DNA of 64,000 nt from Eledone cirrhosa. Lineage: Eukaryota. Location: NCBI GenBank assembly GCA_964016885.1, contig OZ024750.1:39866001-39930000 (forward strand), given 5' to 3'. Shown one piece after another: positions 39,591-54,500 of the stretch; the stretch's first letter is position 1, and each line of letters begins with the position of its first letter. The notes under the pieces are model-generated. The model had not been told where the DNA came from, searched no databases, and was given only the letters and a program-made list of their open reading frames with translations. A program made the translations under genes and the position numbers.

Positions 39591-40600
39591 ATTATATTTT
39601 GTTACTCAGATATTTCATTTCTCAGCTTCAAAATATTACAAGGAAGTAAGAGAAGCATTTAATTTCCACCTGATACAGGTAGAGTAGTAATATTAATATA
39701 TTGTTTTATCTGAGTTATCTAAGAACTTAACAGTAAAACCATAAAACCAGAGGTTGAACTCCTGACATAATATATAATATATAATATATATATATATATA
39801 ATATATATATATATATACGCGTAACTCTCCAGGGCGATTGTTGGCGCCATGAAGTAACTGGTCTTCACATTCTCGTGAATAATTAATAGTTGGAGGAAGA
39901 AATGAAACCCAGATTACAGTGTTAATACAACCCCTGTATTAATCTTACAAGGGGCAGCAAATTGGTGGAGTCGTTAGATTAAATACCTCCATATTTTGTT
40001 CTGGCTCCCTGCTCTCCGAGTTCAAATCCCACCGAGGTCGATTTAAATAAAGTACCAGTCCAGGGGTAGTGGATTGGAAGAGCTTGGTTTTTTTTTTTTT
40101 TTTTTTTAATATTTCAAATTTCGTCTCCTGTCACCCCAAAAATGGTGACACTTCTGCCAGGAGTTGCTAGCATCAGATATTATCAGCAATTAAGACCAAT
40201 GGAAACAGTTTCCTTGGTTTGATCCGAAGATTGGTATCTTTTTTTCCTGTAATAATCTTTATAATAGTATATATTCTTATTCTTTTTGCCATAATTTATG
40301 GGGAAAAAACCCCAACAAAAAGCCCCACTTTTGAATACTATAACTATTGTGAATATTTTGTGATTCTTCAGTGTTTTGTAACTTAACTAACAATGAATGC
40401 TTCCTACTACCGCTGACTATCATTCATGCCACTGCAATTATTAACTTTGTCCTCCTCATTCCACCAGTCCATAATTTAGTTTAATCCCGTTCTCTAATTG
40501 TTTCACAGTTGAAGCTGGTCTCCTTGTAAACAACTAGATCATGTTAATAGGTACAGTACCAGTTACATAACAATACTACTTAAAGTGTGATCATCTATAG

Positions 40601-40905
40601 AGCTACATGGCCTTGTGGCAAGGGTGTTGGACCTGCGGTTATAATGTCCTCGGTTCGATTCCTTGACTGTCGTGTGTTGTGTGTGTTTTTGAGCAAAACA
40701 CTTCATTTCACGTTGCTCCAGTAAATGAGTACAGTAATAGCTGGGGGGGGGGGGGGGTTAACACCCCCTCTCTTTAGACTAGCATCCTCTCCAGGTGGTG
40801 GTACAGTATTGTACTCTGTTGCTTCATTTCATGCCACGGAAAACTGGAACATGTAGCAGCCTAGCCTGATGGGTCCCTGGACTCTAAACAGACTTTAGAC
40901 TTTTC
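40601..40905 (+). mobile_element. tRNA-SINE family A, near full length
   Basis: TGGCCTTGTGG, GGTTCGATTCC, GAGCAAAACACTTCATTTCAC and a GACTTTAGACTTT tail, as at 2366. Confidence 0.8.
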
Positions 40906-41842
40906 TTTAGACATATTTTGTTGTCTTTTATCTTCCTCTTCAGTTGTGAATTCAAAGACTGGAAGGTTGAATGTAAATTCACTCTGAAAGGAATCAGTTC
41001 AAGAATGAAATCGTGCCAAAATCGAACCAGCATCAAGTTGCTCCTCTTTTAATATATTTCATTCCATCTATGTAAGCAATAATTTGTATCAAATGCTACA
41101 AGAAAATATATATTTTTGTGAAATATTTTATATTTTCTATCTTGGAAAATGAACTTTGTAATCATTTTCGATAGATTTCATATTTTGATAAACTCCTCAT
41201 ATCTTGTGTCACTTCATTTGCTTTCTATCAGTCTTTCAGATTATTCTGGCCATTTTTACAGAAATTATTTTATCACACTTGTATATAATATGGCATGAAT
41301 GTGATTGTTTGTCAGGTTTCTCTCTCTCTCTCTGTCATATTTAGACCAGTTGTAGAAAATTTAACGCATGATGTTATACATTTATATTCCAAATTTTTCA
41401 TTTTAATATTTTAATTTTTTTTTTCCTCCTTTTTTCATGAATCTCATTCCATTTTACTGTTATTTGTAGAAAGATTTAATGTAACTGATTTATTTTTCTG
41501 AATAAATTTCATAGATGATATTTTTGTTCCTGTATTAATGTTTGTGAATTTATCAACTCTAAAACCATTTGCAGTATGATTTCCTGCCTGTAAGGTTGAC
41601 TTCATCTTCAACGCAAGTTATTTTAATGACATCCCACCCTCCTCAGCAAAATAGATTATACAACAAAACTTTTCTCCATTTCTATTAACTCTTGAGAGCA
41701 AACCGCCATCGATTTCTTATACAAAACTGGTCATTTTCAAATATTTATCTTTGTATTAAAATCTTCCATTATAATTTTATTCTAGAAATTATTAAGTAAT
41801 GTTGTAATAAATATTAAAATCTTCCATTATAAATTTATTCTA

Positions 41843-42195
41843 GAGTTACGGCCCTTGCCATTCTGAGTTCAAATCCCGCCAAGGTTAACTTTGTCTTTCA
41901 TCCTTATGGGGTCGATAAAATAAAGTACCAGTAATACACTGGATATTTGCTGGCCTTGTGCCAAAAGTAGAAACAATTATAATTTTATTCTAGAAATTAT
42001 TAAGTAATAAATATCAGCTTACTAATGAAAAACTCACCTATTGGGTTGTCACTCCCGCCGAGACTAGCTTCGCCTTTCATCCTTACGGAGGGGGAAGGGG
42101 GGGTCAATAAATTAAAGTACCAGTTAACCCACTGGAGGTGGGGGTCGACTTTCCCCTTCCCCAAGAATTGTTGACCTTGTTTTGTGCCTGAAGCC
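41843..42195 (+). mobile_element. 5'-truncated SINE family B copies
   Basis: Core motif twice; the first copy is flanked by the direct repeat ATTATAAWTTTATTCTAGA. Confidence 0.7.
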
Positions 42196-42540
42196 ATATT
42201 TCAGAGACGATACTATGAAAAATGAGGTCCTTGTTAATAAAGCAGGCTGACTATGGATATCCAGAGCCCATAGAAATAATTCATTTAAACCCTTTCAGTA
42301 ACATATTTCTAATGAAAGATGCTGCTTATAATTTTAAAAATAATCAAGAATTTTGAAGGGATTTATAAATGCAACTTAGTTGTATACTTTTAAGCTGATG
42401 TTTGGAAATTATGGGAGGATTATCACAGGACAGGTTTTTGTGTGGTTTCGTATAAAAAGAGTCCTTGGCAGTGAAAACATTGGGAAGTAGAACTATTTTT
42501 AGCAATAGAACATTTTAACATCCTCTCTAAATGTTGTTCA

Positions 42541-45500
42541 TCAGCATCCATAGACCCTAGCCATAGAAGCCTGTATTCTTTGTGTGTCGCTGTCCCACCG
42601 ACCCTCGGCGTCTATAGACACCTCCCCCCAGTCATAGAAGCTTGTATTGTTTGTGTCTTGCTGTCCCACCGACCCTCAGCGTCTATAGACACCTCCCCCT
42701 CCCCCAGTCATAGAAGCCTGTATTCTTTGTGTCTCGCTGTCCCACCGACCCTCAGCGTCTATAGACACCTCCCCCCAGTCATAGAAGCTTGTATTGTTTG
42801 TGTCTCGCTGTCCCACCGACCCTCAGCGTCTATAGACCCTCCCCCCAGTCATAGAAGCCTGTATTGTTTGTGTCTCGCTGTCCCACCGACCCTCAGCGTC
42901 TATAGACACCTCCCCCCAGTCATAGAAGCCTGTATTGTTTGTGTCTCGCTGTCCCACCGACCCTCAGCGTCTATAGACCCCCCCCCCCCAGTCATAGAAG
43001 CCTGTATTGTTTGTGTCTCGCTGTCCCACCGACCCTCAGTGTCTATAGACACCTCCCCCCAGTCATAGAAGCCTGTATTGTTTGTGTCTCGCTGTCCCAC
43101 CGACCCTCAGCGTCTATAGACCCCCCCCCCAGTCATAGAAGCCTGTATTGTTTGTGTCTTGCTGTCCCACCGACCCTCAGCGTCTATAGACACCTCCCCC
43201 CAGTCATAGAAGCCTGTATTGTTTGTGTCTCGCTGTCCCACCGACCCTCAGCGTCTATAGACACCTCCCCCCAGTCATAGAAGCCTGTATTGTTTGTGTC
43301 TCGCTGTCCCACCGACCCTCAGCGTCTATAGACCCCCCCCCAGTCATAGAAGCCTGTATTGTTTGTGTCTCGCTGTCCCACCGACCCTCAGCGTCTATAG
43401 ACACCTCCCCCCAGTCATAGAAGCCTGTATTGTTTGTGTCTCGCTGTCCCACCGACCCTCAGCGTCTATAGACACCTCCCCCCAGTCAAAGAAGCCTGTA
43501 TTGTTTGTGTCTCGCTGTCCCACCGACCCTCGGCCCTATAGACACCTCCCCCCAGTCATAGAAGCCTGTATTGTTTGTGTCTCGCTGTCCCACCGACCCT
43601 CAGCGTCTATAGACCCCCCCCCCTCCAGTCATAGAAGCCTGTATTGTTTGTGTCTCGCTGTCCCACCGACCCTCAGTGTCTATAGACACCTCCCCCCAGT
43701 CAAAGAAGCCTGTATTGTTTGTGTCTCGCTGTCCCACCGACCCTCGGCGTCTATAGACCCCCCCTCCAGTCATAGAAGCCTGTATTGTTTGTGTCTCGCT
43801 GTCCCACCGACCCTCAGCGTCTATAGACACCTCCCCCCAGTCATAGAAGCCTGTATTGTTTGTGTCTCGCTGTCCCACCGACCCTCAGCGTCTATAGACC
43901 CCCCCCCAGTCATAGAAGCCTGTATTGTTTGTGTCTCGCTGTCCCACCGACCCTCAGTGTCTATAGACACCTCCCCCAGTCATAGAAGCCTGTATTGTTT
44001 GTGTCTCGCTGTCCCACCGACCCTCAGCGTCTATAGACCCCCCCCCAGTCATAGAAGCCTGTATTGTTTGTGTCTCGCTGTCCCACCGACCCTCAGCGTC
44101 TATAGACACCTCCCCCTCCCCCAGTCATAGAAGCCTGTATTGTTTGTGTCTCGCTGTCCCACCGACCCTCGGCGTCTATAGACACCTCCCCCCAGTCATA
44201 GAAGCCTGTAAATTTTTGTGTCTCGCTGTCCCACCGACCCTCAGCGTCTATAGACCCCCCCCCCCAGTCATAGAAGCCTGTATTGTTTGTGTCTCGCTGT
44301 CCCACCGACCCTCGGCGTCTATAGACACCTCCCCCCAGTCATAGAAGCTTGTATTGTTTGTGTCTCGCTGTCCCAGCGACCCTCAGCGTCTATAGACACC
44401 TCCCCCCAGTCATAGAAGCCTGTATTCTTTGTGTCTCGCTGTCCCACCGACCCTCAGTGTCTATAGACACCTCCCCCCAGTCATAGAAGCCTGTATTCTT
44501 TGTGTCTCGCTGTCCCACCGACCCTCAGCGTCTATAGACCCCCCCCCCAGTCATAGAAGCCTGTATTGTTTGTGTCTCGCTGTCCCACCGACCCTCGGCG
44601 TCTATAGACACCTCCCCCCAGTCATAGAAGCTTGTATTGTTTGTCTCGCTGTCCCACCGACCCTCAGCGTCTATAGACACCTCCCCCAGTCATAGAAGCC
44701 TGTATTCTTTGTGTCTCGCTGTCCCACCGACCCTCAGTGTCTATAGACCCCCCCCCCAGTCATAGAAGCCTGTATTGTTTGTGTCTCGCTGTCCCACCGA
44801 CCCTCAGCGTCTATAGACACCTCCCCCCAGTCATAGAAGCCTGTATTGTTTGTGTCTCGCTGTCCCTCCGAACCTCAGCATCTATAGACACCTCCCCCCA
44901 GTCATAGAAGCCTGTATTGTTTGTGTCTCGCTGTCCCACCGACCCTCAGCGTCTATAGACACCTCCCCCCAGTCATAGAAGCCTGTATTGTTTGTGTCTC
45001 GCTGTCCCACCGACCCTCAGCGTCTATAGACACCTCCCCCCAGTTATAGAAGCCTGTATTCTTTGTGTCTCGCTGTCCCACCGACCCTCAGCGTCTATAG
45101 ACACCTCCCCCCAGTCATAGAAGCCTGTATAGTTTGTGTCTCGCTGTCCCACCGACCCTCAGCGTCTATAGACACCTCCCCCCCCGTTATAGAAGCCTGT
45201 ATTCTTTGTGTCTCGCTGTCCCACCGACCCTCAGCGTCTATAGACACCTCCCCCCAGTCATAGAAGCCTGTATTGTTTGTGTCTCGCTGTCCCACCGACC
45301 CTCAGCGTCTATAGACACCTCCCCCCAGTCATAGAAGCCTGTATTGTTTGTGTCTCGCTGTCCCACCGACCCTCAGCGTCTATAGACACCTCCCCCCAGT
45401 CATAGAAGCCTGTATTGTTTGTGTCTCGCTGTCCCTCCGAACCTCAGCGTCTATAGACACCTCCCCCCAGTCATAGAAGCCTGTATTGTTTGTGTCTCGC

Positions 45501-48500
45501 TGTCCCACCGACCCTCAGCGTCTATAGACACCTCCCCCCAGTCATAGAAGCCTGTATTGTTTGTGTCTCGCTGTCCCACCGACCCTCAGCGTCTATAGAC
45601 ACCTCCCCCCAGTTATAGAAGCCTGTATTCTTTGTGTCTCGCTGTCCCACCGACCCTCAGCGTCTATAGACACCTCCCCCCAGTCATAGAAGCCTGTATT
45701 GTTTGTGTCTCGCTGTCCCACCGACCCTCAGCGTCTATAGACACCTCCCCCCAGTCATAGAAGCCTGTATTGTTTGTGTCTCGCTGTCCCACCGACCCTC
45801 AGCGTCTATAGACACCTCCCCCCAGTCATAGAAGCCTGTATTGTTTGTGTCTCGCTGTCCCACCGACCCTCGGCGTCTATAGACACCTCCCCCCAGTCAT
45901 AGAAGCCTGTATTGTTTGTGTCTCGCTGTCCCACCGACCCTCAGCGTCTATAGACCCCCCCTCCAGTCATAGAAGCCTGTATTGTTTGTGTCTCGCTGTC
46001 CCACCGACCCTCAGTGTCTATAGACCCCCCCCCCCCAGTCATAGAAGCCTGTATTGTTTGCGTCTCGCTGTCCCACCGACCCTCAGCGTCTATAGACACC
46101 TCCCCCCAGTCATAGAAGCCTGTATTGTTTGTGTCTCTCTGTCCCACCGACCCTCGGCGTCTATAGACACCTCCCCCCAGTCATAGAAGCCTGTATTGTT
46201 TGTGTCTCGCTGTCCCACCGACCCTCAGCGTCTATAGACCCCCCCCCCCAGTCATAGAAGCCTGTATTGTTTGTGTCTCGCTGTCCCACCGACCCTCGGC
46301 GTCTATAGACACCTCCCCCCAGTCATAGAAGCTTGTATTGTTTGTGTCTCGCTGTCCCACCGAGCCTCAGCGTCTATAGACACCTCCCCCTCCCCCAGTC
46401 ATAGAAGCTTGTATTGTTTGTCTCGCTGTCCCACCGACCCTCAGCGTCTATAGACACCGCCCCCCAGTCATAGAAGCCTGTATTCTTTGTGTATCGCTGT
46501 CCCACCGACCCTCAGTGTCTATAGACCCCCCCCCCCCCAGTCATAGAAGCCTGTATTGTTTGTGTCTCGCTGTCCCACCGACCCTCAGCGTCTATAGACA
46601 CCTCCCCCCAGTCATAGAAGCCTGTATTGTTTGTGTCTCGCTGTCCCTCCGAACCTCAGCGTCTATAGACACCTCCCCCAGTCATAGAAGCCTGTATTGT
46701 TTGTGTCTCGCTGTCCCACCGACCCTCAGCGTCTATAGGCACCTCCCCCCAGTCATAGAAGCCTGTATTGTTTGTGTCTCGCTGTCCCACCGACCCTCAG
46801 CGTCTATAGACACCTCCCCCCAGTTATAGAAGCCTGTATTCTTTGTGTCTCGCTGTCCCACCGACCCTCAGCGTCTATAGACACCTCCCCCCAGTCATAG
46901 AAGCCTTTATTGTTTGTGTCTCGCTGTCCCACCGACCCTCAGCGTCTATAGACACCTCTCCCCCGTTATAGAAGCCTGTATTCTTTGTGTCTCGCTGTCC
47001 CACCGACCCTCAGCGTCTATAGACACCTCCCCCCAGTCATAGAAGCCTGTATTCTTTGTGTCTCGCTGTCCCACCGACCCTCAGCGTCTATAGACACCTC
47101 CCCCCAGTCATAGAAGCCTGTATTGTTTGTGTCTCGCTGTCCCACCGACCCTCAGCGTCTATAGACACCTCCCCCCAGTCATAGAAGCCTGTATTGTTTG
47201 TGTCTCGCTGTCCCTCCGAACCTCAGCGTCTATAGACACCTCCCCCCAGTCATAGAAGCCTGTATTGTTTGTGTCTCGCTGTCCCACCGACCCTCAGCGT
47301 CTATAGACACCTCCCCCCAGTCATAGAAGCCTGTATTGTTTGTGTCTCGCTGTCCCACCGACCCTCAGCGTCTATAGACACCTCCCCCCAGTTATAGAAG
47401 CCTGTATTCTTTGTGTCTCGCTGTCCCACCGACCCTCAGCGTCTATAGACACCTCCCCCCAGTCATAGAAGCCTGTATTGTTTGTGTCTCGCTGTCCCAC
47501 CGACCCTCAGCGTCTATAGACACCTCCCCCCAGTCATAGAAGCCTGTATTGTTTGTGTCTCGCTGTCCCTCCGAACCTCAGCGTCTATAGACACCTCCCC
47601 CCAGTCATAGAAGCCTGTATTGTTTGTGTCTCGCTGTCCCACCGACCCTCAGCGTCTATAGACACCTCCCCCCAGTCATAGAAGCCTGTATTGTTTGTGT
47701 CTCGCTGTCCCACCGACCCTCAGCGTCTATAGACCCCCCCCCCCCGTCATAGAAGCCTGTATTGTTTGTGTCTCGCTGTCCCTCCGAACCTCAGCGTCTA
47801 TAGACACCTCCCCCAGTCATAGAAGCCTGTATTGTTTGTGTCTCGCTGTCCCACCGACCCTCAGCGTCTATAGGCACCTCCCCCCAGTCATAGAAGCCTG
47901 TATTGTTTGTGTCTCGCTGTCCCACCGACCCTCAGCGTCTATAGACACCTCCCCCCAGTTATAGAAGCCTGTATTCTTTGTGTCTCGCTGTCCCACCGAC
48001 CCTCAGCGTCTATAGACACCTCCCCCCAGTCATAGAAGCCTTTATTGTTTGTGTCTCGCTGTCCCACCGACCCTCAGCGTCTATAGACACCTCTCCCCCG
48101 TTATAGAAGCCTGTATTCTTTGTGTCTCGCTGTCCCACCGACCCTCAGCGTCTATAGACACCTCCCCCCAGTCATAGAAGCCTGTATTCTTTGTGTCTCG
48201 CTGTCCCACCGACCCTCAGCGTCTATAGACACCTCCCCCCAGTCATAGAAGCCTGTATTCTTTGTGTCTCGCTGTCCCACCGACCCTCAGCGTCTATAGA
48301 CACCTCCCCCCAGTCATAGAAGCCTGTATTGTTTGTGTCTCGCTGTCCCTCCGAACCTCAGCGTCTATAGACACCTCCCCCAGTCATAGAAGCCTGTATT
48401 GTTTGTGTCTCGCTGTCCCACCGACCCTCAGCGTCTATAGACACCTCCCCCCAGTCATAGAAGCCTGTATTGTTTGTGTCTCGCTGTCCCACCGACCCTC

Positions 48501-51500
48501 AGCGTCTATAGACACCTCCCCCCAGTTATAGAAGCCTGTATTCTTTGTGTCTCGCTGTCCCACCGACCCTCAGCGTCTATAGACACCTCCCCCCAGTCAT
48601 AGAAGCCTGTATTGTTTGTGTCTCGCTGTCCCACCGACCCTCAGCGTCTATAGACACCTCCCCCCAGTCATAGAAGCCTGTATTGTTTGTGTCTCGCTGT
48701 CCCTCCGAACCTCAGCGTCTATAGACACCTCCCCCCAGTCATAGAAGCCTGTATTGTTTGTGTCTCGCTGTCCCACCGACCCTCAGCGTCTATAGACACC
48801 TCCCCCCAGTCATAGAAGCCTGTATTGTTTGTGTCTCGCCGTCCCACCGACCCTCAGCGTCTATAGACCCCCCCCGTCATAGAAGCCTGTATTGTTTGTG
48901 TCTCGCTGTCCCACCGACCCTCAGCGTCTATAGACACCTCCCCCCAGTCATAGAAGCCTGTATTGTTTGTGTCTCGCTGTCCCACCGACCCTCAGTGTCT
49001 ATAGACACCTCCCCCCAGTCATAGAAGCCTGTATTGTTTGTGTCTCGCTGTCCCACCGACCCTCAGCGTCTACAGACCCCCCCCCCCAGTCATAGAAGCC
49101 TGTATTGTTTGTGTCTCGTTGTCCCACCGACCCTCAGCGTCTATAGACACCTCCCCCCAGTCATAGAAGCCTGTATTGTTTGTGTCTCGCTGTCCCACCG
49201 ACCCTCAGCGTCTACAGACCCCCCCCCCAGTCATAGAAGCCTGTATTGTTTGTGTCTCGCTGTCCCACCGACCCTCAGCGTCTACAGACCCCCCCCCCCA
49301 GTCATAGAAGCCTGTATTGTTTGTGTCTCTCTGTCCCACCGACCCTCAGCGTCTATAGACACCTCCCCCTCCCCCAGTCATAGAAGCCTGTATTGTTTGT
49401 GTCTCGCTGTCCCACCGACCCTCGGCGTCTATAGACACCTCCCCCCAGTCATAGAAGCCTGTATTGTTTGTGTCTCGCTGTCCCACCGACCCTCAGCGTC
49501 TATAGACCCCCCCCCCCCCAGTCATAGAAGCCTGTATTGTTTGTGTCTCGCTGTCCCACCGACCCTCAGCGTCTATAGACACCTCCCCCCAGTCATAGAA
49601 GCCTGTATTGTTTGTGTCTCGCTGTCCCTCCGAACCTCAGCGTCTATAGACACCTCCCCCCAGTCAGAAGCCTGTATTGTTTGTGTCTCGCTGTCCCACC
49701 GACCCTCAGCGTCTATAGACACCTCCCCCCAGTCATAGAAGCCTGTATTCTTTGTGTCTCGCTGTCCCACCGACCCTCAGCGTCTATAGACACCTCCCCC
49801 CAGTCATAGAAGCCTGTATTGTTTGTGTCTCGCTGTCCCACCGACCCTCAGCGTCTATAGACACCTCCCCCCAGTCATAGAAGCCTGTATTGTTTGTGTC
49901 TCGCTGTCCCTCCGAACCTCAGCGTCTATAGACACCTCCCCCCAGTCATAGAAGCCTGTATTGTTTGTGTCTCGCTGTCCCTCCGAACCTCAGCGTCTAT
50001 AGACACCTCCCCCCAGTCATAGAAGCCTGTATTGTTTGTGTCTCGCTGTCCCACCGACCCTCAGCGTCTATAGACACCTCCCCCCAGTCATAGAAGCCTG
50101 TATTGTTTGTGTCTCGCTGTCCCACCGACCCTCAGCGTCTATAGACACCTCCCCCCAGTTATAGAAGCCTGTATTCTTTGTGTCTCGCTGTCCCACCGAC
50201 CCTCAGCGTCTATAGACACCTCCCCCCAGTCATAGAAGCCTGTATTGTTTGTGTCTCGCTGTCCCACCGACCCTCAGCGTCTATAGACACCTCCCCCCCG
50301 TTATAGAAGCCTGTATTCTTTGTGTCTCGCTGTCCCACCGACCCTCAGCGTCTATAGACACCCCCCCCCAGTCATAGAAGCCTGTATTGTTTGTGTCTCG
50401 CTGTCCCACCGACCCTCAGTGTCTATAGACACCTCCCCCCAGTCATAGAAGCCTGTATTGTTTGTGTCTCGCTGTCCCACCGACCCTCAGCGTCTATAGA
50501 CCCCCCCCCCCAGTCATAGAAGCCTGTATTGTTTGTGTCTTGCTGTCCCACCGACCCTCAGCGTCTATAGACACCTCCCCCCAGTCATAGAAGCCTGTAT
50601 TGTTTGTGTCTCGTTGTCCCACCGACCCTCAGCGTCTATAGACACCTCCCGCCAGTCATAGAAGCCTGTATTGTTTGTGTCTCGCTGTCCCACCGACCCT
50701 CAGCGTCTATAGACCCCCCCCCCCCCAGTCATAGAAGCTTGTATTGTTTGTGTCTCGCTGTCCCACCGACCCTCAGCGTCTATAGACACCTCCCCCCCAG
50801 TCATAGAAGCCTGTATTGTTTGTGTCTCGCTGTCCCACCGACCCTCAGCGTCTATAGACACCTCCCCCCAGTCATAGAAGCCTGTATTGTTTGTGTCTCG
50901 CTGTCCCACCGACCCTCAGCGTCTATAGACACCTCCCCCCAGTCATAGAAGCCTGTATTGTTTGTGTCTCGCTGTCCCACCGACCCTCAGCGTCTATAGA
51001 CCCCCCCCCCAGTCATAGATGCCTGTATTGTTTGTGTCTCGCTGTCCCACCGACCCTCAGCGTCTATAGACACCTCCCCCCAGTCATAGAAGCCTGTATT
51101 GTTTGTGTCTCGCTGTCCCACCGACCCTCAGCGTCTATAGACACCTCCCCCCAGTCAAAGAAGCCTGTATTGTTTGTGTCTCGCTGTCCCACCGACCCTC
51201 GGCGTCTATAGACACCTCCCCCCAGTCATAGAAGCCTGTATTGTTTGTGTCTCGCTGTCCCACCGACCCTCAGCGTCTATAGACCCCCCCTCCAGTCATA
51301 GAAGCCTGTATTGTTTGTGTCTCGCTGTCCCACCGACCCTCAGCGTCTATAGACACCTCCCCCCAGTTATAGAAGCCTGTATTCTTTGTGTCTCGCTGTC
51401 CCACCGACCCTCAGCGTCTATAGACACCTCTCCCCCGTTATAGAAGCCTGTATTCTTTGTGTCTCGCTGTCCCACCGACCCTCAGCGTCTATAGACACCT

Positions 51501-54500
51501 CCCCCCAGTCATAGAAGCCTGTATTCTTTGTGTCTCGCTGTCCCACCGACCCTCAGCGTCTATAGACACCTCCCCCCAGTCATAGAAGCCTGTATTGTTT
51601 GTGTCTCGCTGTCCCACCGACCCTCAGCGTCTATAGACACCTCCCCCCAGTAATGGAAGCCTGTATTGTTTGTGTCTCGCTGTCCCTCCGAACCTCAGCG
51701 TCTATAGACACCTCCCCCCAGTCATAGAAGCCTGTATTGTTTGTGTCTCGCTGTCCCACCGACCCTCAGCGTCTATAGACACCTCCCCCCAGTCATAGAA
51801 GCCTGTATTGTTTGTGTCTCGCTGTCCCACCGACCCTCAGCGTCTATAGACACCTCCCCCCAGTTATAGAAGCCTGTATTCTTTGTGTCTCGCTGTCCCA
51901 CCGACCCTCAGCGTCTATAGACACCTCCCCCCAGTCATAGAAGCCTGTATTGTTTGTGTCTCGCTGTCCCACCGACCCTCAGCGTCTATAGACACCTCCC
52001 CCCAGTCATAGAAGCCTGTATTGTTTGTGTCTCGCTGTCCCTCCGAACCTCAGCGTCTATAGACACCTCCCCCCAGTCATAGAAGCCTGTATTGTTTGTG
52101 TCTCGCTGTCCCACCGACCCTCAGCGTCTATAGACACCTCCCCCCAGTCATAGAAGCCTGTATTGTTTGTGTCTCGCTGTCCCACCGACCCTCAGCGTCT
52201 ATAGACCCCCCCCCCCCGTCATAGAAGCCTGTATTGTTTGTGTCTCGCTGTCCCACCGACCCTCAGCGTCTATAGACACCTCCCCCCAGTCATAGAAGCC
52301 TGTATTGTTTGTGTCTCGCTGTCCCACCGACCCTCAGTGTCTATAGACACCTCCCCCCAGTCATAGAAGCCTGTATTGTTTGTGTCTCGCTGTCCCACCG
52401 ACCCTCAGCGTCTACAGACCCCCCCCCCCCCCAGTCATAGAAGCCTGTATTGTTTGTGTCTCGTTGTCCCACCGACCCTCAGCGTCTATAGACACCTCCC
52501 CCCAGTCATAGAAGCCTGTATTGTTTGTGTCTCTCTGTCCCACCGACCCTCAGCGTCTATAGACACCTCCCCCTCCCCCAGTCATAGAAGCCTGTATTGT
52601 TTGTGTCTCGCTGTCCCACCGACCCTCGGCGTCTATAGACACCTCCCCCCAGTCATAGAAGCCTGTATTGTTTGTGTCTCGCTGTCCCACCGACCCTCAG
52701 CGTCTATAGACCCCCCCCCAGTCATAGAAGCCTGTATTGTTTGTGTCTCGCTGTCCCACCGACCCTCAGCGTCTATAGACACCTCCCCCCAGTCATAGAA
52801 GCCTGTATTGTTTGTGTCTCGCTGTCCCTCCGAACCTCAGCGTCTATAGACACCTCCCCCCAGTCAGAAGCCTGTATTGTTTGTGTCTCGCTGTCCCACC
52901 GACCCTCAGCGTCTATAGACACCTCCCCCCAGTCATAGAAGCCTGTATTCTTTGTGTCTCGCTGTCCCACCGACCCTCAGCGTCTATAGACACCTCCCCC
53001 CAGTCATAGAAGCCTGTATTGTTTGTGTCTCGCTGTCCCACCGACCCTCAGCGTCTATAGACACCTCCCCCCAGTCATAGAAGCCTGTATTGTTTGTGTC
53101 TCGCTGTCCCTCCGAACCTCAGCGTCTATAGACACCTCCCCCCAGTCATAGAAGCCTGTATTGTTTGTGTCTCGCTGTCCCTCCGAACCTCAGCGTCTAT
53201 AGACACCTCCCCCCAGTCATAGAAGCCTGTATTGTTTGTGTCTCGCTGTCCCACCGACCCTCAGCGTCTATAGACACCTCCCCCCAGTCATAGAAGCCTG
53301 TATTGTTTGTGTCTCGCTGTCCCACCGACCCTCAGCGTCTATAGACACCTCCCCCCAGTTATAGAAGCCTGTATTCTTTGTGTCTCGCTGTCCCACCGAC
53401 CCTCAGCGTCTATAGACACCTCCCCCCAGTCATAGAAGCCTGTATTGTTTGTGTCTCGCTGTCCCACCGACCCTCAGCGTCTATAGACACCTCCCCCCCC
53501 CCGTTATAGAAGCCTGTATTCTTTGTGTCTCGCTGTCCCACCGACCCTCAGCGTCTATAGACACCCCCCCCCCCAATCATAGAAGCCTGTATTGTTTGTG
53601 TCTCGCTGTCCCACCGACCCTCAGTGTCTATAGACACCTCCCCCCAGTCATAGAAGCCTGTATTGTTTGTGTCTCGCTGTCCCACCGACCCTCAGCGTCT
53701 ATAGACCCCCCCCCCAGTCATAGAAGCCTGTATTGTTTGTGTCTTGCTGTCCCACCGACCCTCAGCGTCTATAGACACCTCCCCCCAGTCATAGAAGCCT
53801 GTATTGTTTGTGTCTCGTTGTCCCACCGACCCTCAGCGTCTATAGACACCTCCCGCCAGTCATAGAAGCCTGTATTGTTTGTGTCTCGCTGTCCCACCGA
53901 CCCTCAGCGTCTATAGACCCCCCCCCCCAGTCATAGAAGCCTGTATTGTTTGTGTCTCGCTGTCCCACCGACCCTCAGCGTCTATAGACACCTCCCCCCC
54001 AGTCATAGAAGCCTGTATTGTTTGTGTCTCGCTGTCCCACCGACCCTCAGCGTCTATAGACACCTCCCCCCAGTCATAGAAGCCTGTATTGTTTGTGTCT
54101 CGCTGTCCCACCGACCCTCAGCGTCTATAGACACCTCCCCCCAGTCATAGAAGCCTGTATTGTTTGTGTCTCGCTGTCCCACCGACCCTCAGCGTCTATA
54201 GACCCCCCCCCCAGTCATAGAAGCCTGTATTGTTTGTGTCTCGCTGTCCCACCGACCCTCAGCGTCTATAGACACCTCCCCCCAGTCATAGAAGCCTGTA
54301 TTGTTTGTGTCTCGCTGTCCCACCGACCCTCAGCGTCTATAGACACCTCCCCCCAGTCAAAGAAGCCTGTATTGTTTGTGTCTCGCTGTCCCACCGACCC
54401 TCGGCGTCTATAGACACCTCCCCCCAGTCATAGAAGCCTGTATTGTTTGTGTCTCGCTGTCCCACCGACCCTCAGCGTCTATAGACCCCCCCTCCAGTCA

